NCBI GenBank assembly: GCA_024653775.1 | Contig: JANLHZ010000250.1 | Span: 595 to 64,594, forward strand | Origin: Planctomycetota bacterium | GTDB taxonomy: Bacteria > Planctomycetota > UBA8742 > JACQVU01 > JANLHZ01 | Reading direction: 5' to 3' | DNA: 64,000 nt | Shown: piece by piece, positions 53,478 through 63,135 of the stretch | Layout of the letters: each line of letters begins with the position of its first letter | How positions within the stretch are numbered: the stretch's first letter is position 1 | Program-made: the position numbers and the translations under genes | The notes under the pieces: model-generated | What the model was told of the DNA's origin: nothing | Databases searched by the model: none | Seen by the model: only the letters and a program-made list of their open reading frames with translations

Positions 53478-54587
53478 ATGTCTCACGCCACAGGAAGATT
53501 CGCGTTGATAGCAAGTCTGATTTTGCTTGCCGTTTCACTGGCGCTAGATTCCTGTTCGAGGGAAAACCCGCAGCCGGCGGACGAAGTAAGATTCAATCCT
53601 GACGATCCCGCGCCTGAGCGTCTGTCCGCATTCAATCTATTCGACGGTTCTCCTCACAAACCCCGAAAGAACGTGCTGTACTATGATCTCGCCACTCCGC
53701 TGTTTTCAGACTACGCGGTAAAATATCGCCATGTGTGGATGCCGGAGGGAAAGAGCGCGAAATATATGCCGGAACTGCCTTTCGATTTTCCGGTCGGAAC
53801 TATAATCGCAAAAACGTTTGCGTTTCCACTCGATTTCCGCAATCCATCGAAAGGCGAAAGAATTATCGAAACGAGGCTTCTGATTCTTCGGCCCGGCGGC
53901 TGGGACGTTCTGCCTTATATCTGGAATGAAGCGCAAACCGACGCCACATTGAAAAAAACCGGACTTATAACAAATGTCAGCTTTATTGACGCGAACGGCG
54001 AAACAAATAATATCAATTATATTGTCCCTAATACTAATCAATGCAAAGCCTGTCACGATGCTCACGGGAAATTCGGACCTATAGGTCCCGTAGCCCGGCA
54101 ATTAAATAATACTATTAAATATCCGGACGGCGCGGAAGCTAACCAACTATCAAAGTGGATCGATAGTGGAATACTATCGGATGTACCGGAAATTGCGACT
54201 ATAGATAGTATTCCCGCATGGGACGATGAAAATTCAGGAACTATAGCGGAGCGCGCGCGGGCATATCTCGAAATCAATTGCGCCCATTGCCATAACCCCG
54301 CCGGGCCGGGTCGCACGGCGGGTCTCGACCTGCGCTATTCACAGGTTGATCCATATAAGTTCGGCGTCCGAAGAAATTCGGTTTCCGCCGGACCTGCAAC
54401 CGGGGGATTCCTGCACGATATCGAGCCTGGAAATCCAGCGGAGTCAATTATAGTTCACAGGATGAGTTCCACCGAGCTTGGAACTATGATGCCGGAACTT
54501 GGCAGGACCACGGTTCACAAAGAAGCAGTCGAGCTTGTCAGTAGCTGGATCGCGGAAATGAATCCGTCCGGTACTGGCGGAGATTAG
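53478..54587 (+). CDS. dihaem c-type cytochrome-like lipoprotein
   Basis: Lipobox LALDSC. Two CxxCH motifs (CKACH, CAHCH). Confidence 0.8.
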   Translation: MSHATGRFALIASLILLAVSLALDSCSRENPQPADEVRFNPDDPAPERLSAFNLFDGSPHKPRKNVLYYDLATPLFSDYAVKYRHVWMPEGKSAKYMPELPFDFPVGTIIAKTFAFPLDFRNPSKGERIIETRLLILRPGGWDVLPYIWNEAQTDATLKKTGLITNVSFIDANGETNNINYIVPNTNQCKACHDAHGKFGPIGPVARQLNNTIKYPDGAEANQLSKWIDSGILSDVPEIATIDSIPAWDDENSGTIAERARAYLEINCAHCHNPAGPGRTAGLDLRYSQVDPYKFGVRRNSVSAGPATGGFLHDIEPGNPAESIIVHRMSSTELGTMMPELGRTTVHKEAVELVSSWIAEMNPSGTGGD

Positions 54588-54835
54588 ACTGTGGTTCCAG
54601 CCATCTGTTTGCGATGAGATTCCTCATCCGACCCAGTGGTTGATTTTTCGCCATCGAGTCCGGCCTTTTTCAGAATCCACATCATCGGACACCAGTTCGT
54701 GAATCCGGACTGAAACAGGTTCAGACCGACGAAGCCGGTAAAAATAAGCCAGTACGGACTATGCCAGTATGCAAGAGCCGCGCTAGACGCGACAAAAAAT
54801 CCGGCGATTAGTCTGAGTGCGCGTTCTATAGTCAT
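54584..54835 (-). CDS. DUF2892 (YgaP-like) small membrane protein
   Basis: RALRLIAGFFV...GLNLFQSGFTNWCPMMWILKK. AAGGAG RBS. The listed N-terminal extension to 54916 reads into the MITE. Confidence 0.75.
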   Translation of the reverse strand: MTIERALRLIAGFFVASSAALAYWHSPYWLIFTGFVGLNLFQSGFTNWCPMMWILKKAGLDGEKSTTGSDEESHRKQMAGTTV

Positions 54836-54852
54836 TTTCAAGCTCCTTATTG

Positions 54853-54993
54853 GTAACTGTTCACGGGGTAGTTCGCGTTCGTAGTGGCGCCGTAAGGCGC
54901 TTCTTTGATTCACCACATTGCGAAAAGGTGCTCTTACAGGCTACTACGAACAGATTCCCGCTATAGACTGCGAATTACCCCGTGAACAGTTAC
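54853..54993 (+). mobile_element. MITE, same family, 7-bp TSD CTTATTG
   Basis: TIRs GTAACTGTTCACGGGGTA / TACCCCGTGAACAGTTAC. CTTATTG lies on both flanks. It sits in a divergent promoter region. Confidence 0.75.
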
Positions 54994-55071
54994 CTTATTG
55001 TTTTCCATGCCGCCAAAGATATTGAATTCCTCCAATATCAATTGTACCATCCAGAAAATAAAAAGGCGGAT

Positions 55072-55842
55072 ATGAACGCAGTCGTTTCAGAGGAAAGAAA
55101 GCCGGGTCCGATTCTTCGCGCGCTACGCGAAGGCGTCGAAGTGATTCTGGAACTTTTCTTCCCCGCGCACTGCATTAATTGCGAGGACGCGCTGTTTCCT
55201 GGGGAAGTGGCAATCTGCGACTCGTGCGCCAAGCAGATCGTGCTCATAAAGGACGACGTCTGCATCCGTTGCGGAATGAAGCTCAGCTACGGTTTCGGGC
55301 CGAAAATAACGTGCGCGGACTGCATCCGCGATTCCGGTTTCGAGATGACCTGCGCGGTGGCAATGTACAGCGGTCCGTGGCAGACGCTCGTTCAGAGGTG
55401 GAAGTTCGGGAGATGCCAGGGTTCTACGCGGCAGCTCGCGAGCATGATAGTTCACCGCATCAAAGCGCTCGGTCTCGAAGATGAATTCGACGTCATCACC
55501 CACGTACCGATGATCGGGTTCTCCTGGTTTTTCAGGGGATTCGACCACACTCAGACCCTCGCGAAACACATCGCTTTCGAAATGCTGAAACCTCACGAAA
55601 GGCTTCTTGCGAAAGTCAGAAAGACGAAGAAGCAGAGCAGCCTGAACAAGGCGAACCGGCTCAAAAACCTGAAGGGAGCCTTTCGAGCGGCGGGAGAAGT
55701 GAAGGGAAAGCGTGTACTTCTGATCGACGACATCGTAACGACTTGCGCGACCGCGAAGGAATGCTCGAACACGCTCCTGAAGGCTGGAGCGCGTCAGGTT
55801 GTCGTTGCGGCGCTCGCTCGCGCGGCGCTCGACAAAAACTGA
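55072..55842 (+). CDS. comF: ComF family protein (phosphoribosyltransferase-like)
   Basis: N-terminal Cys-rich zinc finger (CINCED..CDSC..CIRCG..CADC) and PRTase motif VLLIDDIVTTCAT. Confidence 0.85.
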   Translation: MNAVVSEERKPGPILRALREGVEVILELFFPAHCINCEDALFPGEVAICDSCAKQIVLIKDDVCIRCGMKLSYGFGPKITCADCIRDSGFEMTCAVAMYSGPWQTLVQRWKFGRCQGSTRQLASMIVHRIKALGLEDEFDVITHVPMIGFSWFFRGFDHTQTLAKHIAFEMLKPHERLLAKVRKTKKQSSLNKANRLKNLKGAFRAAGEVKGKRVLLIDDIVTTCATAKECSNTLLKAGARQVVVAALARAALDKN

Positions 55843-55966
55843 GAATATTTCAAACAAATGGTGCGGGCGCTCGAAATTAAGTTACCGCCGAGGAAGATTC
55901 GGCATTGAGTTCGCAAAAATCCGGGATAGAATTACAAAACTATAAATAACGCAGCGGGAGAATACC

Positions 55967-57148
55967 ATGCGCCTCAGTATCACCGAAATTTTCATGCTCA
56001 TCGTTGTCGCAGGGCTTTCTAGCGGAACCGTTCTCGCGTACAAGACGCTTTCCGCGGAAGAAAACTCGAGCGACTCGCAGGTAAAGATCGCGAACATCAA
56101 GGACGAGGTGATAGAGGCGACGGAGGGCATAGGCGACATCGCAAGATCGCACAAGGAGGACACGAATTTCATCCGCCAGCACGATCAGGTGATCCAGCCG
56201 CTGACGACGGTTCGGGACGACATACGCGATTCGCTCTCCGCGCGCGAGTTTTCAGAGTTTTCGGCTGACGAGCAGGCGGAACTCGCGGGGATGGTTTCGA
56301 CCATGCGCGCAGAGCTTGCGGAGGACCAGCAGAAGTATGAAGCTGAAATGCAGCGCGCGGCGGAGTTCGCGTCCCAGCGCACTATCGAGGAAGCACTTAC
56401 CCAGTACCGCGAAGATCAACAGCGCGCGCTTCAGCAACAGCAGGATCAGTTCCGCGCGCAAATCGAGAATCGCGTGCAGGAAGGAATCTCCGGCGCTCTA
56501 GGCGTGGAGCGAAGTCAGCTTCAGAATATGCGGACCTCCATGGAAAGCGTGCAGACGAGGCAGAACAAGATCGATGAGGACCTCGCAAACGGACTCATTA
56601 CCGAGGAGGAGCATCAGCGCCTCAGCGATGAACTTCAGCAGGAGCAGTATTCAGCGGTGCGCGAAGTGCTCACGCCGGAGAGGATGCAGGGGTTCCGGCA
56701 GGGATTCCAGGACCTTCTGAACAACGCGCTCGGCCAGCAGAATGCGCCGCAGGTGCCGGACTTCCAACTTCCGGAGAACGTGCAGGATCTCCAGCCACCG
56801 GCGGGGATGGATCCGAACGCACTACAGAACGGCGGCGGACCGGGAGCGGGCGGCGATCCGATGCAGCAGCTTCAGGAAATGTTCGGAGGCGGAGGCCAGC
56901 AGAACGGAACCGGTCAGCAGATGGGGGGCGGCCAGACCCTTCCGGACGGCACTCAGATTCCGTCGGAAATTCCCGCCGACGCGCAACAGCAGCTTGAAGG
57001 CGCGCAGCAGCAGTTCACTCCCGAGCAGATACAGGCGATCCGCGATCGTCTCGCGCAGGGCAGGAATGGCCAACAGAACCAGAACGAACAGAATCAGAAC
57101 GAACAGCAGGACCAGCAGCAGGACAACCCCTTCGGCGACGATTTCTGA
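55967..57148 (+). CDS. membrane-anchored Gln-rich coiled-coil protein
   Basis: N-terminal TM helix, long Q/E-rich helical region, low-complexity Q/N tail. Confidence 0.7.
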   Translation: MRLSITEIFMLIVVAGLSSGTVLAYKTLSAEENSSDSQVKIANIKDEVIEATEGIGDIARSHKEDTNFIRQHDQVIQPLTTVRDDIRDSLSAREFSEFSADEQAELAGMVSTMRAELAEDQQKYEAEMQRAAEFASQRTIEEALTQYREDQQRALQQQQDQFRAQIENRVQEGISGALGVERSQLQNMRTSMESVQTRQNKIDEDLANGLITEEEHQRLSDELQQEQYSAVREVLTPERMQGFRQGFQDLLNNALGQQNAPQVPDFQLPENVQDLQPPAGMDPNALQNGGGPGAGGDPMQQLQEMFGGGGQQNGTGQQMGGGQTLPDGTQIPSEIPADAQQQLEGAQQQFTPEQIQAIRDRLAQGRNGQQNQNEQNQNEQQDQQQDNPFGDDF

Positions 57149-57246
57149 TAAATGGGAGTGCGGACATCCCCGTCCGCGCATGGATAAAAACAGTGGATTT
57201 TAAAACAGGACTTCCTCGACAGTGAAGCGATGCGGGAAGGAAAACG

Positions 57247-57660
57247 ATGGATGCCTCGGATAAGATTGTCGAAACCGTCTCGATGATGCATCCGTCGGTG
57301 CAGGCGATTTATCTTTACGGGTCTTTCGAGACGAAGTACGAGCGCGCGGATAGCGACGTCGATATAGCGGTGCTGCTCCCCCACGATGAGGCGAAAGCGG
57401 CAGGCTCCCTCAGGTTCGGGGAGCTTCAATTCGGACTGGAAAAATTGCTGGGCCGAAGTGTGGACCTTGTCAACCTGAGACTCGCGTCCACTGTTCTTCA
57501 GAAGGAAGTCGCTTATAACGGCAGGAGAATTTTCAGTGGCGATAAGTACGCAGTTGACCTGTTTGAAATGCTTGTGCTCTCGTACTATCAAAAGCTGAAC
57601 GAAGAACGGAAAGAATTGGTGGATGAATTCGAGAGGACCGGAAGAGTGTTTCATAGATGA
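57247..57660 (+). CDS. mntA: MntA nucleotidyltransferase antitoxin (type VII TA)
   Basis: Minimal nucleotidyltransferase motif LYGSFETKYERADSDVDIAVLL. It overlaps the downstream gene by 4 nt. Confidence 0.9.
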   Translation: MDASDKIVETVSMMHPSVQAIYLYGSFETKYERADSDVDIAVLLPHDEAKAAGSLRFGELQFGLEKLLGRSVDLVNLRLASTVLQKEVAYNGRRIFSGDKYAVDLFEMLVLSYYQKLNEERKELVDEFERTGRVFHR

Positions 57661-58070
57661 ACGACATCGTCATCGACAAAATCCAGAGCATCGAACGATG
57701 CGTTGGTAGAGCGCGTGAAGAGCATTCCGCCGCGGGAGAGAATTTCGCGAGCGATCATACGAGACAGGACGCGGCCGTTCTGAATGTTACAAGAGCGTGC
57801 GAGCAATCGATCGACCTTACCAATCATCTAGTCAAGATTCTGTCGCTCGGAATCCCCTCCAGCAGCGCGGAAAGTTTTGCCTTGATCGAGCAGGCGGGAG
57901 TTATCGATGCGGAGCTTGCGGAGAAGCTGAAAAGGATGGCTTCGTTTCGAAATATCGCGATTCACGCATATCACAAACTCGATGTCGAGATACTTGAGAA
58001 AGTGATCGTGACGTACCTCGACGATCTCCTTGAGTTCACTATGAACGTCGCAAAGTTCTTACAGAAGTGA
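57657..58070 (+). CDS. hepT: HepT (DUF86 HEPN) toxin
   Basis: HEPN Rx4H motif (FRNIAIHAY) in a DUF86-length protein. ATGA overlap with mntA. Confidence 0.9.
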   Translation: MNDIVIDKIQSIERCVGRAREEHSAAGENFASDHTRQDAAVLNVTRACEQSIDLTNHLVKILSLGIPSSSAESFALIEQAGVIDAELAEKLKRMASFRNIAIHAYHKLDVEILEKVIVTYLDDLLEFTMNVAKFLQK

Positions 58071-58085
58071 CGCAGAGGCTGTCCG

Positions 58086-58958
58086 TTATCCCTTGTAAAC
58101 GCTGACCAGCGCGTCGCCGATGTCGGCGGCGGTCCGGGCGCAGGGGACGCCGATGCGTTCAAACGCAGCGATCTTGTCGCTAGCGGTGCCCTTGCCACCC
58201 GCGATTATCGCGCCCGCGTGGCCCATGCGCTTTCCCGGAGGCGCGGTCTGACCCGCGATGAATACCGCCATAGGCTTCCTTTTCGGATGGCTCTGAACGA
58301 ACTCCGCGGCCTGCTCTTCCGAGCTTCCGCCGATCTCGCCTATCATCACCACCGCTTCGGTTTCGCCATCTTCGAAGAACATTTCGAGCACGTCGATGAA
58401 GTCGGTGCCCTTCACCGGATCGCCGCCAATTCCGACGCAGGAGCTTTGCCCGAAGCCCTTGTTCCCGACCTGCCACACCGCCTCGTAGGTGAGCGTCCCG
58501 CTGCGGCTGAGCACGCCGACGTGTCCTTTTTTATGGATGTGCCCTGGCATGATCCCGATTTTGCATTCATCGGGAGTGATGACTCCGGGGCAGTTCGGAC
58601 CGATGAGTCTTGTCTTCGAGCCTTCGATATAGCGCATCACGTCGACCATATCGAGCGTGGGCACGCCTTCGGTGATCGCGATGACGAGATCGAGTTCCGC
58701 GTCGACCGCCTCGATGATCGCGCCTTTCGTTCCCCCCGGCGGGACGTAGATGACGCTCACGTTCGCGCCCGTCGCGGCTTTCGCGTCGGCTACGGTGTTA
58801 TACATCGGCATCCCTTCGATTTCGGTCCCCGCGGACCCGGGTTTTACTCCGGCGACCATTTGCGTTCCGTATTCCTTGCACATCTTTGCGTGAAGCTGGC
58901 CTGTTTTGCCCATTCCCTGCGTGATTACCTTGGTGTTCTTATCGACGAGTATGCTCAT
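58086..58958 (-). CDS. sucD: succinate--CoA ligase subunit alpha
   Basis: [15 protein letters not shown]..., SRSGTLTYE, and a phosphohistidine loop (MGHAGAII). The start at 58958 is chosen over 59069. No sucC is adjacent. Confidence 0.95.
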   Translation of the reverse strand: MSILVDKNTKVITQGMGKTGQLHAKMCKEYGTQMVAGVKPGSAGTEIEGMPMYNTVADAKAATGANVSVIYVPPGGTKGAIIEAVDAELDLVIAITEGVPTLDMVDVMRYIEGSKTRLIGPNCPGVITPDECKIGIMPGHIHKKGHVGVLSRSGTLTYEAVWQVGNKGFGQSSCVGIGGDPVKGTDFIDVLEMFFEDGETEAVVMIGEIGGSSEEQAAEFVQSHPKRKPMAVFIAGQTAPPGKRMGHAGAIIAGGKGTASDKIAAFERIGVPCARTAADIGDALVSVYKG

Positions 58959-58986
58959 TTCGTTCTCCGATTCGGTTCCCTTCGCA

Positions 58987-59085
58987 CGTGGCATCGGCGT
59001 CCTATGATGAACCACGGACAGGATGCCCGTGCCACGCAATAATGATAATCCCCGCGTGCGCGCCCGCAAAGATCAACTTTTTTTG
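58987..59085. repeat. ~98-bp direct repeat, copy B (contains the double-hairpin core)
   Basis: It aligns with 61400-61497 at roughly five-sixths of positions by eye. It lies between the GmrSD stop and the sucD start. Confidence 0.7.
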
Positions 59086-59100
59086 TTTGGCGCAACCCGA

Positions 59101-61371
59101 TCAACGTTTGAAATGGTGCTGTATGAACTCAGCGGTCTGACTCGCAGCAAGCTCAACAGTAGAAGGACCTGTGCGGATATAGAACCGCTCTACTTTTTCG
59201 TCCTTCACGTAAACCGGCGTCGGCGATTTATCGCACTTTATCACCATAACTCTACAGTCATCCTTGTCTTCAAATCGAGGGTGCAGAACCGTCATTGGCT
59301 GACCACCCAACATTCGCGATTTCACGATATTGACGAGATGAAGGCTCATCTTGTCTTCCGTTCCAAAACCGTCAACATCAATTCCGACAGACGTGCCGTC
59401 GTCCGACACCCCGACAACGAGGGTTCCGCCATTTGTGTTAAGAAAAGCGGCAAGCGTCTTCAGAACGGATAACTCCATCCGCGGGTCTGGCTGCCCCGTG
59501 TGCAGATTCATTCTAAGGGTGGACTTGAACTCGATTGCGTCCGATTCGCCAATTTTTAGCAACTCAGCGAGGCCGAGTTCGGTTGTTTTTTCTTCACTCG
59601 GAACGTCAAATCCTGTGAGTTTCTTGTAACCATCCTCGATGACCTTCGCCATAAGCTCGCGACGAGCCACCAAGAATTCCTTATATTCCATGTTCTCCCA
59701 ATTTTCGGGGAGAGCGTGCAAACGGCACATCGATTCAAGCTGGGCTTTTGAAAACCCTTCTTTTATTTTAGGCAAATAGTCCGCTGGCGCCTGGTCGGAT
59801 ATTTTCAAGTTGTCGCTCCACTCCACAAGCGCGATGTCCGCGATTTGATTTGTGTCGCGGATCGACGTGAAACCACGAGATTTCAGGTAGTTCAATGGAA
59901 ACAGGTGATGCTTTTCAACCGCCGACTTATTGGCGTTTATCGACGGATCGAGCAGGTCGGACAGCCTTGATTTCGAAAAAAGAGCGGTCGCGTCGAGAAG
60001 CACAAGCGAAGCGTGATACGCGTATAGCGAAGGACTCTGGGAAGAGGAAGTCGCAAGATCGCTCGGCAGGGTGACGCTCCAAAAGTCGTTCGTCAACCTG
60101 ATCTCGCAAAGCTGAATGAGCAATTCAACGAATCTCTCCTTCGAATTCACATCTCGAAGCCGTGCAAGATCGGATTCCAGCACGGATTCCGGCGAATTCG
60201 TGTACCGACCAGTAATTGCAGCCATGAAAAACCAACGAGCGATAATCGGTCGAAGTTCGCTATCCGCAATCTTGAATTCTGTTCTTCCAATCAAATAAAG
60301 AAGATAAGAGAACAGCAAATTGTTCCTTGAACTGATCATGCCGGCGCTTCGAAATCCGGCCAGCCTGACACACTTCAGGAAATCATGCCAGTATTGGCGA
60401 TTGAGCGTCCTGCTCTGAGCATCCTTTAAGAGCGCGAATTGATGCTCTCTCATCTCGTCGCTGAATTTTTCTGTTTGCAAGTCCTTGCCGCGCAGAATCG
60501 AATAGATGTATTTGAGCCTCGCGCGCTTGAATGCCAAACCAACTGCAACTTTAAGCAATTGATCCGGTGATGGTTCGATAAAGTAATTGAAGGACGACGC
60601 AGTTCCTTTCGAAGGGGTTCGAGCTTCACGGCAGAATTCCTCGAGATCGGTTCGCCCCTCGTCCCAAAACACCGACATCAGAGTCAGAATAAAATCGCTC
60701 TGCTTGAGCGGCGTTCCCTTGCTGTTGATCCTGACGAAGACATCCGCGACAGCTTCTTCCTCTCCCTCAGCGATCCCAGGAGCGAGTTCTAGAGCAGTAA
60801 ACGGAAAACCTGTCAGTCCCTTCAGCATTTCGATAGAACTCTCGATCTTCCTTTCTTCGATTTCGGAAACTTCCCTCGATTCTTTCAACTTCGAAGTGTA
60901 ATCGCGTATAACCTGAGAAAGTCTCGTTTTCTCGTTCCACAATTTCGAAATGCTTGGAAGGTATGAACTGTCGCGCCCGATAGCGGCGTCGTAGACTTCG
61001 AATTTTTCTTCAAGTGGGTTGAAAGCAATCTGTATTTTTTCCTTTTTAAAATTTGATCGCCAAACCTCGATGCCTTTTAGCACAGCGTACAAGGAGGTCA
61101 GTCTTTGTTGGCCGTCCACTATCAACAAGCGCGGCGTCTTTTGCTTATTTTCGACACCGATTTGTTTTTGTGCGGCATTCAAACCGCTTTGCCAGAATAG
61201 AAAATAACCTACAGGATAACCTTTGTACATGGAATCGAACAGGTCACGCACTTTAGCGTTTTTCCAGACAAACGGACGCTGAATATCGGGTAGTCCAATC
61301 TCGCCGAGGCTGATGTATTTCACCAGCGTTCCGAGGTCGTAATCTACCTTGGTAAATACTGTCTTGCTCAT
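59101..61371 (-). CDS. GmrSD-type (DUF262 + DUF1524) type IV restriction enzyme fused to a C-terminal AlbA_2/Schlafen-like domain
   Basis: DUF262 motifs (IQRPFVW, DGQQRLTSL), DUF1524/HNH-like (VEKHHLFP...VEWSDN), and a C-terminal ESDAIEFKSTL...LNTNGGTLVVGVSDDG. GGAG RBS at 61371. Visibly AT-richer. Confidence 0.9.
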   Translation of the reverse strand: MSKTVFTKVDYDLGTLVKYISLGEIGLPDIQRPFVWKNAKVRDLFDSMYKGYPVGYFLFWQSGLNAAQKQIGVENKQKTPRLLIVDGQQRLTSLYAVLKGIEVWRSNFKKEKIQIAFNPLEEKFEVYDAAIGRDSSYLPSISKLWNEKTRLSQVIRDYTSKLKESREVSEIEERKIESSIEMLKGLTGFPFTALELAPGIAEGEEEAVADVFVRINSKGTPLKQSDFILTLMSVFWDEGRTDLEEFCREARTPSKGTASSFNYFIEPSPDQLLKVAVGLAFKRARLKYIYSILRGKDLQTEKFSDEMREHQFALLKDAQSRTLNRQYWHDFLKCVRLAGFRSAGMISSRNNLLFSYLLYLIGRTEFKIADSELRPIIARWFFMAAITGRYTNSPESVLESDLARLRDVNSKERFVELLIQLCEIRLTNDFWSVTLPSDLATSSSQSPSLYAYHASLVLLDATALFSKSRLSDLLDPSINANKSAVEKHHLFPLNYLKSRGFTSIRDTNQIADIALVEWSDNLKISDQAPADYLPKIKEGFSKAQLESMCRLHALPENWENMEYKEFLVARRELMAKVIEDGYKKLTGFDVPSEEKTTELGLAELLKIGESDAIEFKSTLRMNLHTGQPDPRMELSVLKTLAAFLNTNGGTLVVGVSDDGTSVGIDVDGFGTEDKMSLHLVNIVKSRMLGGQPMTVLHPRFEDKDDCRVMVIKCDKSPTPVYVKDEKVERFYIRTGPSTVELAASQTAEFIQHHFKR

Positions 61372-61399
61372 AAAATACTCCGTGATTTCCCACTCCGCT

Positions 61400-61497
61400 C
61401 GTGGCATCGTCGTCCCGCCGATGAACCACGGGCAGGATGCCCTTGCCACACGCAAATGATAATCCCGCCACTCGCGCTCGCAAAGAGCAACTTTTTT
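61400..61497. repeat. ~98-bp direct repeat, copy C
   Basis: See 58987-59085. It lies between the protease gene stop and the GmrSD start. Confidence 0.7.
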
Positions 61498-61513
61498 ACA
61501 TGCCGAGGCCTGT

Positions 61514-61900
61514 CTACTTGAGATCCATATATTTCACGGGCACGAGGCGGTGACCGAGCATGTCCACTGCTGCCTGGCATGATTCCAGGACTATATATCC
61601 GATCAGAGGCTCGTAATGTCCGTCCGCAGGATTCATGTCGACGAAGCAGACCTCGCCAAAAACCGGACGAAATCCTTCCACTTGAATTTTCACCGGACCG
61701 CAGATCGATCCCTTAACAATTTCCTGAGTAGCCGTCAAGACGTCGACGGCTTCGATCTCCTGGAGATCACCGAGACGATCTTTCCATGCGGCTGGCAGAA
61801 CCATCTGGGATGCTCCTGTATCGACAAGGGCATCGCAGCGGATTTTCATTTCCAAATCTGCAATGTTCTGGATCGTAACTGAACTGATAATGCGTCCCAT
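61514..61900 (-). CDS. retropepsin-like (clan AA) aspartic protease
   Basis: 128 aa with the catalytic LVDTGAS motif, as in small bacterial retropepsin-like proteins. Confidence 0.85.
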   Translation of the reverse strand: MGRIISSVTIQNIADLEMKIRCDALVDTGASQMVLPAAWKDRLGDLQEIEAVDVLTATQEIVKGSICGPVKIQVEGFRPVFGEVCFVDMNPADGHYEPLIGYIVLESCQAAVDMLGHRLVPVKYMDLK

Positions 61901-61930
61901 GATTACTCCATCCGAAGTATACTATAATGA

Positions 61931-62443
61931 CTACCCTCCCGAGATCTTTACGAGGAGAGCGCCTTTCTCGACGCTTTCGTTTGCGCTGACGAGGACCTCG
62001 GTGACGGTACCCGCGCTCGGCGAGGCGATGGAGTTCTCGAGTTTCATTGCGTGGAGCACCACGAGCGGATCGTTCTTTTTCACGGTCTGGCCGGGTTTTA
62101 CGTGCACTTTCAGGATCATCCCCGGCATCGGCGCACGGACGGAAACGTCGCGCGTACCGCCGGAGATTTCCGCCCGCGCCTTTGCAAATCGCGCGAGGAT
62201 TTCGTCCTCGATCTCGACCTCGGTCGTCACGCCGCCCAAGGTTATTTCGTATGTCTTCGAAGACGTTTTCTTGTGCGCGAAGGACACTCGTTTCTGGTCG
62301 ATTATCGCATTCCTGACGCCGCGTTTGCCGGCGTCGAGCGTGACTTTCAGAGTTTCGCCTCCGACGCTGACTACGGTTTCGCCGGGTTTGATTTCGACGT
62401 CGACAAGGTACTCCCTGTCATTCGCTCTTACGATGTAAGGCAT
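61931..62443 (-). CDS. biotin/lipoyl attachment domain protein (biotin carboxyl carrier-like)
   Basis: C-terminal VRAPMPGMILKVHVKPGQTV...LVVLHAMKLENSIASPSAGTV biotinyl-lysine motif. Confidence 0.8.
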   Translation of the reverse strand: MPYIVRANDREYLVDVEIKPGETVVSVGGETLKVTLDAGKRGVRNAIIDQKRVSFAHKKTSSKTYEITLGGVTTEVEIEDEILARFAKARAEISGGTRDVSVRAPMPGMILKVHVKPGQTVKKNDPLVVLHAMKLENSIASPSAGTVTEVLVSANESVEKGALLVKISGG

Positions 62444-62459
62444 TCAAATCGGTCCACAG

Positions 62460-62813
62460 TTACGCGGAAGGTTTCGCCGTGATCCTTGCGACCTCGGCCC
62501 GAAGAAGAGCGACCATAATAGGATTCTTGACGTGTGCTCTGAACAGGTCCTTCAAATTATTGATTTTCTCGTCGATCTCCTTCGTATCCGTCGGCGAAAC
62601 ATATTCCTCCTGCGCTTCTTCAGGTTCGTTCTTGTTCCTGAGAACGACCTTGGTCGTTTCATGCATCCGCTTCAGCATCTTGACGGTTTTCTCGTCCATC
62701 GGGACGCCCGCCTTGAGGAGTACGCGGCCCTTGTCGTCGATGACGGGTTCCGCTGTTACCATCTCCTCGTTGAGACTGAGTTCTTTCGTCGTTGTTTTGT
62801 GAAGTTTCGACAT
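62460..62813 (-). CDS. hypothetical protein
   Basis: 117-aa ORF with typical coding composition. The motif GRVLLKAGVPMDEKTVKMLK is reminiscent of DUF3391-type N-termini. No firm call. Confidence 0.6.
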   Translation of the reverse strand: MSKLHKTTTKELSLNEEMVTAEPVIDDKGRVLLKAGVPMDEKTVKMLKRMHETTKVVLRNKNEPEEAQEEYVSPTDTKEIDEKINNLKDLFRAHVKNPIMVALLRAEVARITAKPSA

Positions 62814-63029
62814 AGTGCGCTCCAGTTTTTCCTCTCTCCAAATTTATGATATATCAAGCCGGGACCAAGGGCATACAATTTTCTTCCGGGCCGGACAACT
62901 TTGTGGCGGTCCGGAAGGCAACGTACTGCTAGCATTTCACTTTTTCGTTTCCGGCAAAGATTTTTGAAATTTCCTACAAACATTCCACCCCTGACGGGGT
63001 TAATTTTATCGATGTAGCGATTGTGAAAA

Positions 63030-63096
63030 AATCTGTGTCAATCGGTGTTAATCTGTGGACAAAAAAATGAATCTGCGAAATTCGCGTAATCTGCGG
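63030..63096. promoter_or_regulatory. five phased AATCKGYG octamers in a divergent intergenic region
   Basis: Copies start at 63030, 63040, 63050 (10-bp phasing), 63070 and 63089. Confidence 0.35.
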
Positions 63097-63135
63097 ATAG
63101 TTTTTGGTTCAGGCTTCGTTTGGCTGTGAGGTTCT

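Noticed and set aside
58959-59069. N-terminal extensions of listed ORFs into repeats (sucD to 59069, GmrSD to 61455, DUF2892 to 54916, comF from 54982, hydrolase to 33671, 37712..38782, 6025..8940).
   Set aside because: The internal Met codons have proper RBSs and give canonical N-termini (for example [10 protein letters not shown] for SucD). The extensions translate MITE or REP sequence.
63030-63096. Replication origin (DnaA-box cluster).
   Set aside because: Only one octamer extends to a near-consensus DnaA box. There is no dnaA or dnaN nearby and no AT-rich unwinding element. It is kept only as a low-interest regulatory-repeat finding.
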